A program made the translations under genes and the position numbers. Positions 1 through 13,100 of a DNA stretch of 64,000 nt are shown here, in pieces. The stretch is from Phoronis australis. Taxonomy: Eukaryota; Animalia; Phoronida. The notes under the pieces were generated by a model that saw only the letters and a program-made list of their open reading frames with translations, searched no databases and was not told where the DNA came from. The stretch spans positions 439,541 to 503,540 of the forward strand of contig NMRA01000165.1 in NCBI GenBank assembly GCA_002633005.1, written 5' to 3'. Within the stretch, counting starts at the first letter, position 1; each line of letters starts with the position of its first letter.

Positions 1-1131
1 AGTGCATTTAATTTATTGCGTTGAGAAATATGTTAATTTTATTCCTTTGTTGCTTGTCTTGCTATTCACTACGTTTGTCAGTGTTACAAGATGGTAGGGC
101 TTACAGCTTCGGCATGTCAAAACATGCAGTTTTAGTTCATTTGTATCGCAATTCTCACTCACACTGTGAACTTCCAATGCAGCTTCACATTTACCTACAT
201 GTTTAGAATAGTTGTTTTATTATCTATTACTGAGGGACATTATGCAATCACATACTACCAATTTTTCAATCACATCTTATCCGAAGTTGAGTAATCTATT
301 TATTTTTGTGCACAAGATGTGTTGTGAAGTCTCCTCAGCCTGAAGTAGCCAGGAACCATTAGAGATACTCAATGCAGCTGTCATTTACACGGTACCTGGT
401 TTGCATGTAGACTGCTAAATGACATGTGGTAAGTGAGGACTCAATAGCTGGCACAATCTGATGTCTAAATTCAACGTGTTAAAGGGACTGTTAGTAAATT
501 TATGCAATGTTACTAATAAAGTAATATATGAAATGTGTGTTTATCTCCTGAGCAGCATTGTTGCTCAAATCCATTAACTGTTTATAATTATAACTCCATA
601 CAATACAGTCACAACAACAATCTGGTTCAATATATTACTATCCCAAAGAACTCATTCCCTTGTACATAAAGCGTGTTTCACTACAGGATGAAATTGTTAA
701 CGTGTTGGATTGATTGTACCCAGTACTACCCTACCACATGCAATCGTACAACAGCACAGGTGAAACTGTCTTGAGAATATGATGCACAGATTGACAATTG
801 AAAGCTATGAGCTCAAATCTTGAAATATGAGTAACACGGTCAGTATGAATACAATACACAATGACTGAATATTAATTCTTTAACTACATCCCTGGCATTA
901 GGCTTCACGTTCAAGTACCCAAATATACAACACTGATATTCTGAATTAGTCACATCAAAATAATGACACAATTTAAAGCAGCTAACAACCCGTCCTCTCC
1001 CGTCAAAGCAACTAACATGTATAAGGGCAAATACCTCCAATCAAAAGTTAATTTTTTGACGGAAAATGGGTTAAGCGCTTCCAAATGAACTGAAACTAGA
1101 TTAGTTAACAACTGTACACGACCTCTCCACT

Positions 1132-1194
1132 TTAGTCCGTAAACTGTCGGTTGATATTTTTCCCAAACAACATTTCCCGTAGAGCTGGCTGCAT
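1132..1194 (-). CDS. ATP6V1E1: V-ATPase E exon 9 ([20 protein letters not shown])
   Basis: 63 nt; cag acceptor; TAA stop at 1134-1132. Confidence 0.96.
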   Translation of the reverse strand: MQPALREMLFGKNINRQFTD

Positions 1195-4100
1195 CTGCAA
1201 TAAAACAAAACTTACTTACACAGCAATTGCAGAGTCTACAAATACAGGTGAAGACAACAGTGATATGTCAATAACAGGAGCAATTGAAATACTTTGAGTC
1301 TCCAGGCAAGGCTGATGAAGAAAATTGTGTAAAGTGTATCGGAATTCTTCACCTATTTAGCAAACCCTATGGCAGACAAAGGAAATTGTTTTTTGCCAGA
1401 TTTCTCAACAAAAATAGACATTAAGAATTTTTTCATCTATTCTTAGCTTGAAATTGATTTCTTCTATTTTTCCCAACCAGAAAAGTGTGTGTACCTTGAA
1501 ATTCTTAGCTTGATTTGTAACATATATAGATGTCATGACATAAAAACAACATTAGGAAAATTTTCATGATTTGCAATTTCTGAAAATGACTTCTTAAAAC
1601 CACTTTCAGCTGGTGATGTAACCCCACCACTAATGGTCTATTTACCCCAACCTCAAGACCGTCTGGCACAACTTTTCGATCAGTCACTTCTTTGGCAGGA
1701 ACTTCGATGCCAAATATTGGCCCATTCCGCAATGACAAATATTTAAAAACCACATAAAATTCTCCTCATTCAGTCCCAAATTCCCCTTCAGTGATTAAAA
1801 AAACCCTCAAGGTTAGAATCAGTTCTTCAAATCGTCAGTTTTGGCTACATGATGCATTGCCAATGAGGGAGAAGACATGATTATTTAAACAAGAGCAATG
1901 TGGAGTGTTGAAATGCGCTCACAAATGCATTGCAAATGGTGTGCTTTTAGGGTTACTTATTTGTATCATAAAAATGGCCACTAGATGGCGCAAAAACATA
2001 CAATCCATCCAAAAACAGGAACATGCAATAATTCATAAAAATCTGTCAAGGAACTTCCGAGAAACAAAGGAAAACAGAATAAAATGAATTGCCACTAGCG
2101 GTCACACTGTCCGTTGGATCTGCCTGAAAGTCCTCGTCGTCTGTTGTTATCTTCATATAAATACACTTACTAAATTTAGTAAAGATCCTGCAGTGGATTT
2201 AGGAGATACAACTATGGGCGCAAAACAAAACTACCACTAGGAGGCGCCACAGTAGTCAGTCACCATCATCAACGGTCATCTTCACAGTGAGAACATATAT
2301 GCCAATTTTCAAACAATTTGATTGATACAGGGGTGGACGCCAAAAACAAGATTTGAAAACAGCAAAAATGGCCACTAGGTGGTGCAAAATACCTCAAATT
2401 CCATCCAAAACAGGGAGATAGCGTCATCACACAAAAGATGCCTATATATAAAATTTTATGAAAATCTGTTGAGAACCTTTGACGATACTGAGTTAAAAAA
2501 ATAAAATTGCCACAAGGGGACACAGCAGTAGTCATATCTGTCTGAAAGTCGTCGTCATCTGTAGTCGACATCATATAAATACGCTTGCTAAATAAAATAA
2601 AGATCCTGCAAACGGTTTAGGAGATACAGCCATAGGCGCAACAAAAACAAAACTGCCACTAGGAGGCGCCACAGTAGTCAAAATCGTCGGAAAAGCATCG
2701 TCAACAGTCCCCTTCATAATAAGCACATACATGCCAATTTTCACAATCATCCTTTGAGCAGTTTGGTTGATAGAGGGGTGGACACAAAAAAACAGACTCA
2801 AAAACAGTAAAAATGGCCACTAGGTGGCGCAAACTACGTCGAATCCATCCGAAAGCTTGAGGATAGCGTCATCTCACTAATAGGTGCCTACATACCAAAT
2901 TTCATGAAAATCCATTCAGGACTTTTGAAGACACAAAGGTAAGCCTACAAAATTAAAATTGCCACTAGGGGGCACACCGGTAGTCGGATCCGTCCGAAGG
3001 TTCGCTCATGCCGTCACATTCATGAATGGAACAAATGTGCCAAATTTCATAAACGTATGTCAAAGGGTTTTGGAGATAAAGCAGCAGATGCCGGACGGAT
3101 GCCACCCGGACGGACGGAAATGACGGCATAATGCGTCCACATATAAATATGTGGGCGCATAAAAAGTAATGCATTTGATTGGCATTTAGACTTACACCTA
3201 TAACCTGAAATTGAAAAGAATTCCTTGAAAAATGTAGGAGAAATGACATTTTGAAAATAAGACGACCTGTGTACCTATTGGCCACTTCCGGTGCATTATG
3301 AGTAAAAATATAATTATATATTTTATAAAGTTTCGTGATGGCTCAAATGTACTTGAAAAGTTTCAAAGTTGAAAGTTGAGTCGATTGAGAGTTTTTAAGC
3401 TCTAGAAATGGTTGGAAAGGAAAATGAGAAGAAAAAGATCAAAACCCGAGAATAACAAGACTCTGCAGTGGTACACACAGAGTCATTATTTGTTAAAACT
3501 GTCAGTGACGTTTGAATGTTTTCACATACCAAATGGATGTAAACATGGAGCATCAAATACTTAAGACTATGATCAAAAGTTGAGTCGATCCCCCTGTCCC
3601 CCGTAGAGGTATTATTACCCAGGTGCTATCACTTACCTGCTCACTGATCAAGCCAAGTCTACTCTCTAATGTATTCTCTACTTTAATCTTCTGGTTAGGA
3701 GTGAACAGTACTACACCACCAGCTCTGTAAACAACAAACATCAAAGTAATTGGTGTGTGTGAACCAAGGGTGCAAAAGATGAATAGCCCTACCAAATATA
3801 GACAAGAGAGCTTATGCTTCAGAAGTTATATCACAGACCTTGAAACAAGAGCAATGCGGAGCACTGAAATGCGCCCACGAATGCACTCCAAACGGTGTGC
3901 TTCTAGGGTGTTTATTTTGATCATAAAATGGCCACTGGATGGTGCAAAATACTTTGAATCCACCAAAAACCAAAATAGATAAATGACACAGTTTTGTAAC
4001 AGAAAGCTATTTACCACATTGCAAGGAACTTCAGAGAAACAGAGCAAAACAGAAAAAATGAAATTGCTACTGGGGGGCAAAGAGTTTGTCGGATCCACCT

Positions 4101-7100
4101 GAAAATTGTCGTCTTCTGTTCTTAACTTCTAAATCATATGAATACACATGCTAAATTTAATGAAGATCCTACAGAGGGCTTATCAGCTACAGCTAAGGGG
4201 GCAAAAAACAAAACTGCCACTAGGAGGCGCCAAAGCAATTGAAGTCGGAAAACCATCGTCAACCGTCCTCTTCACACTAAGAACATATAAGCCAATTTTC
4301 ACAATTATCCTGGTTGACAGAGGGCGGACGTTAAAAAGAGTTAAGAAAACAGTATAAATGGCCACTAGATGGCACAAAATATGTTGACTCCATCTGAAAA
4401 CCGGAAAATGTTGCCGTTTCTCTAAAAGACAGCCATTTATCAAATTTCATGAAAATTCGTTTAAGAACTTCAGAGAAACAGAGGAAAGCAGAAAAATAAA
4501 ATTGCCATGAGGGGGCACAGTGTTCATCGGATCCGTCTGAAAGTCGTCATCTTCCGTTGTTAACTTCATATGAATACACGTACTAAACTTAATAAAGATC
4601 CTGCAGAGGCTTAGGAGATACAGGTATGGACGCAAAAAACAAAACTGCCACTAGAAGGCGCTTCAGTAGTCGAAGTCGACGGAAAATCATTGTCAATGGT
4701 CCTTTTCACAGTAAGAACATTCATGACAATTTTCACAAACATCCTTAGAGTGGCTTGAATGACAGAGATACGGATGCCAAAAAACAAATTCGAAAACAAT
4801 AAAAATGGCCAATACGTGGCGCAAAATGCCTCAAATCCATCCGAAAACGTGAGGATAGCGTCATCTCATTAACACATGCCTATGTGTCACGTTTCATGAA
4901 AATCTGTTGCGGACCCTTGAAGATACAGAAGCAAACGCCCTCTGTCGTCAACCCCATAGGAACACACCTGCCAAATTTCAATACGATCCTGTATGGGGTT
5001 TAGGAGATACAGCTACGGATGCCGGATGCCCGGACACCCAGACAGAGATGACGGCAATTATGTACCCACATATAAATAGGTGGGCGCATTAAAACAAGAG
5101 CTTTTCCATAAACACTGTTTGGAAACGGAATATACTTAAAATGTGTCTTGGATATGAATTTTGTGGGGTCTGTTCAAATAAAATCTGTGATATAGGAGGG
5201 CAATAGCACTTGAAAGCAAAAGTTTTGAGCCTTCTGTCAAAATCATAATTATCGGCGGTTGTTTTCCAGAACAAACAAGCTGAAAGTGCCTTTACCCCCA
5301 CACCTGGTGGACAATGTGAGAATTAAAAGCTTAAAAATATACAGACTGACTTGCCATTACTTGAACATTCCAAATAGCCAACAATGTGCATAGTACTCAC
5401 ATATCTGAAGGTAAAAAGTCAACCGTGTCCAATTTTATCGTGACTTCATTTCCTGTGGCTTCTTTGTACTGCTGGACAGCAGGAGTTATACATTGCTGAA
5501 GCACAATAAAATGTCCCAGCATCAACCAAATGCTTATTAAACTTATTAAGTTTCACACTTGATAATTAAGGTAACCGGCTAACCATCATTATGAAGAATC
5601 CAATCTTCTAAATACATTTACAAAACTGATTGCAGATCCATAAAACTATACATTTTAAAAATCCTTAATGATCAATTGGCAAACATGGATATGACTATGA
5701 GCCGACTTGGCAAGAACACTGCATGAAAGGAACCTTTTGTCACAGACTCTGCCCAAATGTACGGTGGTTTCACAAGGACATGAAACTGCACATCAGCAGC
5801 AACACAAATGAAAGCCACGTTGGCACAGTTTTATAATGAAGGAATCCTGTGCATCCTAGTGACATTATGCATCACATTCTAGTGACAATATGCATCACAT
5901 CCTAGTGACATTATGCATCACATTCTAGTGACATTATGCATCACATTCTAGCCACTTTCTAAAGACAAAATATTAATCTGCATTTTTGTGTTCGGAGACA
6001 GGTAAAAGAAATGTCAAAACATCAAAACAATAACTACAAAATCTGCAAGTCTAGGCACACGTAAACTTTGCACTGAGGCTATTATGTGATATCAGGGACT
6101 TTCTGTGATGTAGAAGTTAATACTTCATCAAACTTAAAGGCAAATGGATGTCCGATATTGCGTGTCATGTTAACCCTTGCACTCAAAAGGTGCACTGTTT
6201 CACCAGTTGTCAAAAGTCAGCACTTACAAATAACAGCATCAAAAAAGCCAGTGTCAATGTTGTTAGGATTGATCAAGTGCATTTTTCAAATTAAACTTCT
6301 TGGTAAATAATTTTACTTTCTAGTATGAAAACTATTTCTTACTGTTAATGAGCCAGAAAAACAAAATTCCAAAATAGGCCACTAGCTCTTAAAACATTTC
6401 CTTCCCAATACAAGACTTAAATTCATTTTCAATATGAATGGCATCAAGAGCAATTACAGTTCCAAAATTGCTCCAGACAATAATTGGGCTAGCTGCCTAC
6501 CTCTCCAAAATTTGACAAGTAACTTCATTTAATTTCAACTAGGTAAAAAACCGTAATGCTAAATATGGGAGGGAAGTTAATTATCAAGTCTTGTATTATA
6601 AGATACTTTGTATTATATGATACTTTCCCTGTATCTCTCATTTCACCACATGGATGTGACTTGAATGGTTATCAACACTTGTTGTCTATCTGTACATATC
6701 CTGATGATGTCTTGTGGAATAGACGAAACGTTGAGTTAACATGAACTTAAAACTACATAGTTCTTCATTCAAGTAGTTAAGAACGTGCAATGTCAACTGA
6801 TGTTGATGAACGTATCTTGTTACCTGTTGTGACTATCTTTCATTTTTGTTGACAAACCCCTTAATCATACTCATTAATTTTCCAAATGCATCCGAACACC
6901 CTTTACCTTAACGAGCTCCAAGTCCTGTTTCCTACACTTCAGCAACACTTCAGCTTCCAACAACTGATAGACACCCTGAAAATAAGAGCACAGTGTGATG
7001 AGTACATAACATATACCAGAGCAGAGATAACGGGTCAGGTACAACAAGGACATGATGCACACTCAATGTGAAAGGGAAGAAGGAAGTAAACGAGCAAGCT

Positions 7101-10100
7101 AAAAAGCATCAGAGTTAACAGTATTTTGTTCCACGTTTCATTCTATAACAAGGTATTGCTAAGGGATTGAAAATATCTGAGTCATGCTTGGAAATCTTGA
7201 GTCAAGCTTAAAGAGCTCCAAGTTATGCATAACATCTAGCTTTATGAGACAAATGGTTTAAATACTGTTGTATGGTACTTATGCTCTTCCTGTAAAAGGA
7301 CAGTGACATGCAAACAAAGATAGTTATTTCACTAAATTTGCGGAAAAGAAGATCATGACAAGAAAACACAATGGGCAACTTGAATCATGTTTAAATTTTT
7401 GCTCATATAGAAATGCCAAGATAAATAAAGTAATACACAGACACCCGTGTCACAGCTCAACATGGGACAGAGCAGTGATTTGGACCACAGACTCATCAAA
7501 GCTCAACATACCTGTAAGATCAGACCTTTTAACACAGTCTTGTATTTTTCTGCATCTCGTGTCACACTTCCCAGCTTTTGATGTGCCTCACTCAGTATCG
7601 TCTGAAAAAGAATTTACAAAGAGAATCCTTTGTATGGTCTTAACAAAGATTTCATCCGTTGTCCTTATTACTAAGGGACCCTAGATTGTAAACACTGTGA
7701 TGACCATATGTGACCACACGTGTGTGTGTGTGCGTGTGTGTGCGTGAGTGTGTATGCGTGTGCGTGCATAAAAATGGAATTTTATACAATTTGTGTACAT
7801 ATATCAAATTTTTTAAGAATCCACAAAGTTTACCATCATCTACCTTAACTAACATCAACAGGTAAAGAAATGACAAAGTCACAAATTACAAAATGCAATA
7901 CTTGAGCATGAAACAAACGAAACACTACTTATCGCTAATCGTGTAATTCATGCTTCAACTATCAATTATCAAAAAAACAAAGTGGTTATTTATGAAGCTA
8001 TATAAAGATCAAGAAAAAGGCTGCCGACACTTCAAGAAACTTTCCAACAGTTTCCAATTATTACCAATATTATGTGTGGATAAATATGTGAAAGGCATTT
8101 GAGTTTTAGTTAAATGTATATCTCCAGAGAGCAGCACACAAACAGGTGCAAAAGAAACCATTTGTGTTACAAGCTCTCAATTCAGCTTGAAATAAATGCC
8201 ATACCTTCATATGGTCTTCTCTACACTTCAACACTTTCAGACGGGCTTGATTTAGCAAATTTGAGTTTTGACTGTAAGAGAAAAAAGCATTAACATGAGA
8301 AACAAACCAAAACAGTTAAAACTTTGCTTTATAAAGCTAACATTGGGTTTTCCTAGCGACTGCAAATAATATGCATCAAGACAGAAGAAATAAATACTTG
8401 ATGTACTTTAGCATTCCAAGTTGTTTATATCTGTTTTTTTGAGTAACACTTTAAAGAAGTGAAATATCAGTGGTAGTAATTACAATGTCCAATTTGAAAA
8501 ACAAAATTAAGCAAACAAAGTCTTCCACAGGACCAAAAATGTGCAAACTTCAAGATAACTAAAGGCATCAGAAAGAGTTTCAACAATTTTGTGCAAGCCA
8601 TTGTCACAAAAACACTCAAGTTTGAACTCTGGACGTGTCTCTTAGATTTTACTAAGTTCCATTCATAAGGTGACAATAAGGATTTTAAAGAGAGAAGCCA
8701 GAAAAGCAAGATGCTAAAAGTGCATAAAAGATACTCATTCATAACAAATTAATGTCTCCACTAAACAGATTTTGCTGTACTTATCACTTAGCTGCATTCA
8801 ACTGTTTAAAGCTGGCTAAAACACAAAAATCAAATTTGGTCTTTTCCACCCATAAAAATCATCATTTCAATATTCCTTGCCATGACAGGATTCCATTTCA
8901 AAGTCACAGACAATGAGTACATGTGGGATGTGCCAACTTCGAATTCGCCATTTTAAAGTTGCACAAACCCATTAAACGTTTCCTTGAGTCACTGATGGTT
9001 TCAATGATCTTGTTGATTAGATTCTACTATGATAAGGAGCACCATGAGTCTGAGTTCATGAGATTTGCTTTTTAGTCACTGGGTAAAATGCATCTTTAAC
9101 CATATTAATCAATACGCAGAACAAAAATATTCAAGACAGTCTGAGGCAGTTCAGTGTTAGGATGACTCTTCGTGTTTTTTGTTTCCTAAAACAATGAGTA
9201 GGACATACATCTTCTTCTGCAGCTCAACCTGTTTTTCCTTCCGCTCATAATACTCCATGATCTTCACACGCTGCTGCTGCACCAGACGACCTTTCTGAAT
9301 GTTGAACTCCTCTTCTGCCTGGAATCAACATTCAATGCATCACAGAGTATGACAATGAAGATGGTGATAATGGTGACGGTAGTGGCAGCAATAGGCAGTT
9401 ATTAGGAATTTCTGATACACACCATAAAAACAAACACAAAATACTTTTTCTGGAATGTCCTTTTATGACTCGTAGCTAGCCGCATGGTGAATTCCTCTTG
9501 CATACAGCTGTCATGACAGATGATTCTGCCCGCATTCAGACAACATGACAGGAAAAAAGGGTCATTTCGACTGAATGCTCTTTGGTATGAGCTATATCTT
9601 CAGAAACCAGCACAGTTTTGGGAAATCCAACAAACTCTGAGAAACCATAGTAGAGGCTATAAAAGTAAGCCTGTGGGTCAATATTTGGAAAATTTATGAA
9701 TATAGGCTCATTGGTATACATTTAGAGAAGCCTGCTTTCAGAAATTGCATATAGTAATAATTAAGTCTGCCTCAGCAACCTTTTTAAAAAGAATTTTAAT
9801 TATTTGCCTCACTGAGTATGAGTGATCAGTGAAGCAGAATACATACGCATACACTTAGAGTGGTGCTTAGCCACGTAATATTAGAACAACATCCAAGACA
9901 AATGCAACATTAACGCTTCATGAGATATCTTGGAACAAATTACTAAAGAGCAGGGAGCATGACCAGAATCTGGCTTCGAATAGTTAATTACTATAGAATT
10001 GATAGCGAAGTCATCCAGTCCATCGAAACTTAGAAAAGATCAAACACTCCACTGTCCACAAAAAGGGCTTATGTCAGCATATTTGGAAGTTTTCTATCTG

Positions 10101-13100
10101 CATTCCATGGCATAATCACAACTCACTTTAGCATCAATTTCTTCAGCTTTTTCATTGGCTTCCTGGTCTATGAAAGCCATCATGTGCTTTATCTGAAGAC
10201 AAAAAAACGACAGTCAGTTACAGATACCCAATGTGAGTGGCGTTCCTTCAGTAGCAACAGAAGCCATCATCTAAGGGCTGTTCCAGCAAAATCTGTATGG
10301 GAGGGGGGGAAGGCACTTTTATTTCATACCCACCGCCCGTATTTTTCATTTATTTCTCCAACCCATGACCCATAATTTTTTAATTATTTTTAATAGGTTA
10401 AAATATAAAATCCAACACTTGCAAACAAATTGCCTCCAGGAGGACCTATTAAGAACTTAGATGACTGACAGACAAGAACTAGTTGTCTTGTCCAATATTG
10501 TCAAAAACTAAAGTAGCCTGTGAGCAATACTTTTGGCAGCCACCAGGTGTCTCTGTTCACCATGTGTCTATAATTTCAATGAACATTTTTTTCATTTATA
10601 AGGATCTATGAATCTCAAACTGTCTCCACGAACTCTTCTATACTTCTATGTCAAGTGAATATTGGAACTTGTTTATCTTACTCCTCATACTTTTTATTTA
10701 AAAATCATCAATTTTCTGATATGTGTTAACACCAGTTCAGTGTTGCATAACTTTTCAATTCAATAGGACTGCAGACAAACAGTTGGCTCAAATCGAGTTG
10801 CCCATGACTTGATTAATGGCTTAGTGAACATATTGCACTCTGTTCACTGGCAATATGGGCTTTTTTGTATTTGGATAAGTTAGGACAATTGCATTTATTT
10901 TTGAGTTTTTACCACTGAAGTAACCAACCTAACATTAACAGGTCAAAAAATACCACCCATTTTTAATGCATTACTTATTACAGGAACGACCACCCATAAT
11001 TTGAGTTTTTTTCTGAAGACCACCACCCATGAATTTTTATTTCTACTGCCGTCCCCCTCCCACACGGATTTTACTGGAACAGCCCTAACACAAAGTGCAG
11101 TAAAATTTCACCAATTCAGGACACAAAATGGCAAAAATGAAATTTTATTGACACAAATTCTATACAAGTTTTATACTGTAGTGAAAAGTGAAAAAGTATG
11201 TAAAATTTTGTTTTTGTCCTTAGGATAAGATCACCTAGTCAAAATGCAACCTGACAAAATTCCCAGGTAGCTAACTGAGAAAATGAGGTACAAAAAACAA
11301 GGAAGTCACAAATGTGGAGGTGCCAAATCATTGCTCACACAAACAGCACATAGTTTGCAAAAGGGAAAACTGGGATAATTGGGATACCTGAATTTCTCAG
11401 TCAAACAGAAAATTAGATACATTGTGAGATGGGTAACACAGAATCCCCCAATTTCCCGTTCCTTTTTGGTTGAACAATTCAAACACTGTCTCTTAATTTA
11501 CTTCCACTGGCATTTTGAGCTTGTGCTAGGATATGTGCCTTGCCAATTTGTGGCGACTTAGGAATTTAGCAGCCCTGCATGACACTGAAGACAGTTTAGT
11601 CCATAAAATTTGAACATATCCATGAAAATCTCTGTAGGTTCACTCGAGCTCCCCTCGCCAAATGCCATTTTGAGGAAGTTATGGAAAATCACACCAGTTC
11701 ATGAACAAAAAGTCCAAGGGACACAAATTTTACTAATTCCTCTGGATATCTTCCATGCTACTTTTTGCAGGTCTCGCACTCAGTTCAGTCAGTCGTTGTG
11801 GCCTAACTCTCATGGGGCCAATTGAGATACCTTTTGGTTATCGTGCGGTGAAAAAGTTAATGGCAACCAAAAAAAGTGAAGTTCTTCGCCAAAGCCATAA
11901 AGAATAAGTACCTCAGACATGCTTCATAAAGGACACACAAAGAACCACAATGGATTGGTGAAGAAAGTAAGTGCTTTTTAAGTGATAATTTTAAGAGTAA
12001 AATGCACTTTTGATGAGGTGAAATCCTCTTATTCGGTGACCGGATTAGTTACTGCCTGTTTCTGCAACACACAGCCCCTTGGCTAACTATTCAGGGTCTA
12101 CAATAGTCCCCATTACTTTCTGTACAAATTTCAAACCATGTATTTTAAATGGGCAGTAGGCCAAATCTGCTCACCAAATAAGAGGTTTTCACCTCGCCAA
12201 GAAACATTTTACATTTAAAATTGTCACTCAAAAATACGCTTACTTTCTTCAGCGATCCTTTCTAGTTCTACACATATCTTCAATGAAGCATAGATCTACA
12301 GCAACTAAGATTTTGGTGAAAATTTTTCATGTTACTTTTTTTAGTCGGCGTTAACTTTTTCACTGTGATAACCCCAGAGAATTTCAATTGACGTCAAGTG
12401 AGTTATATCGACTAAATTGTCTCCAGAGTCATGGTATGTGTTAATTATAATTCGATGTGTATATATGCATGCTTCATTTGATGTTATTCGCTGTATTTCG
12501 AGAAAAGTAACTTTTTATGGGGGTGTACTAATTCCGCTGTATGCCTGTGTCATACAGGGTGATGTAATTGCCTGCAACCCATATAAACACACAGGGATAT
12601 GATTACTAGAGAGACCACTGAGGAGCATTGTAGCCTCTCCCCAGCTGGCTACATGTAGCCAAAACTGATGCTCGACCATCACTCTGGTCAGACAATCAAT
12701 AACCCCTATCGGTGGTCAAGCAAGAGTCAATAACAGCTATTGACAGACACATCACATAGTGGCGAGATTACAAGACCCACCAGATTTCTGGCATATCTAT
12801 GGTACTATGTAATTGCGTACCATACTACTCCCCTTCTTGACTACACTGGTGTATACTACAGGTATGTTCTTAGGGTCCTCAATTCCTCCATTTTGGGGTG
12901 AAAATCAGCCCCATTCCCTCCAAAAATATTAAAAAATCAAGCCAAGTTCCTTTCATGAGGCCCAAAAATTCCCTTCAGCCTTTCAGTGATTGAAAATTCA
13001 CCTCGAGGTTCAAATAACTTGCAAGTCACACATGTGATCAGTGTTATCCACGACCTGTTTTGACTCGATGCAGTAACAAGTTTGGATTTTGCCACGTCGA

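Noticed and set aside
1905-5092. Short ORFs sharing APPSG/KMATRW peptides (also at 24379-26002)
   Set aside because: They are translations of the non-coding repeat subunit that contains the CCACTAGRNGGCGC motif.
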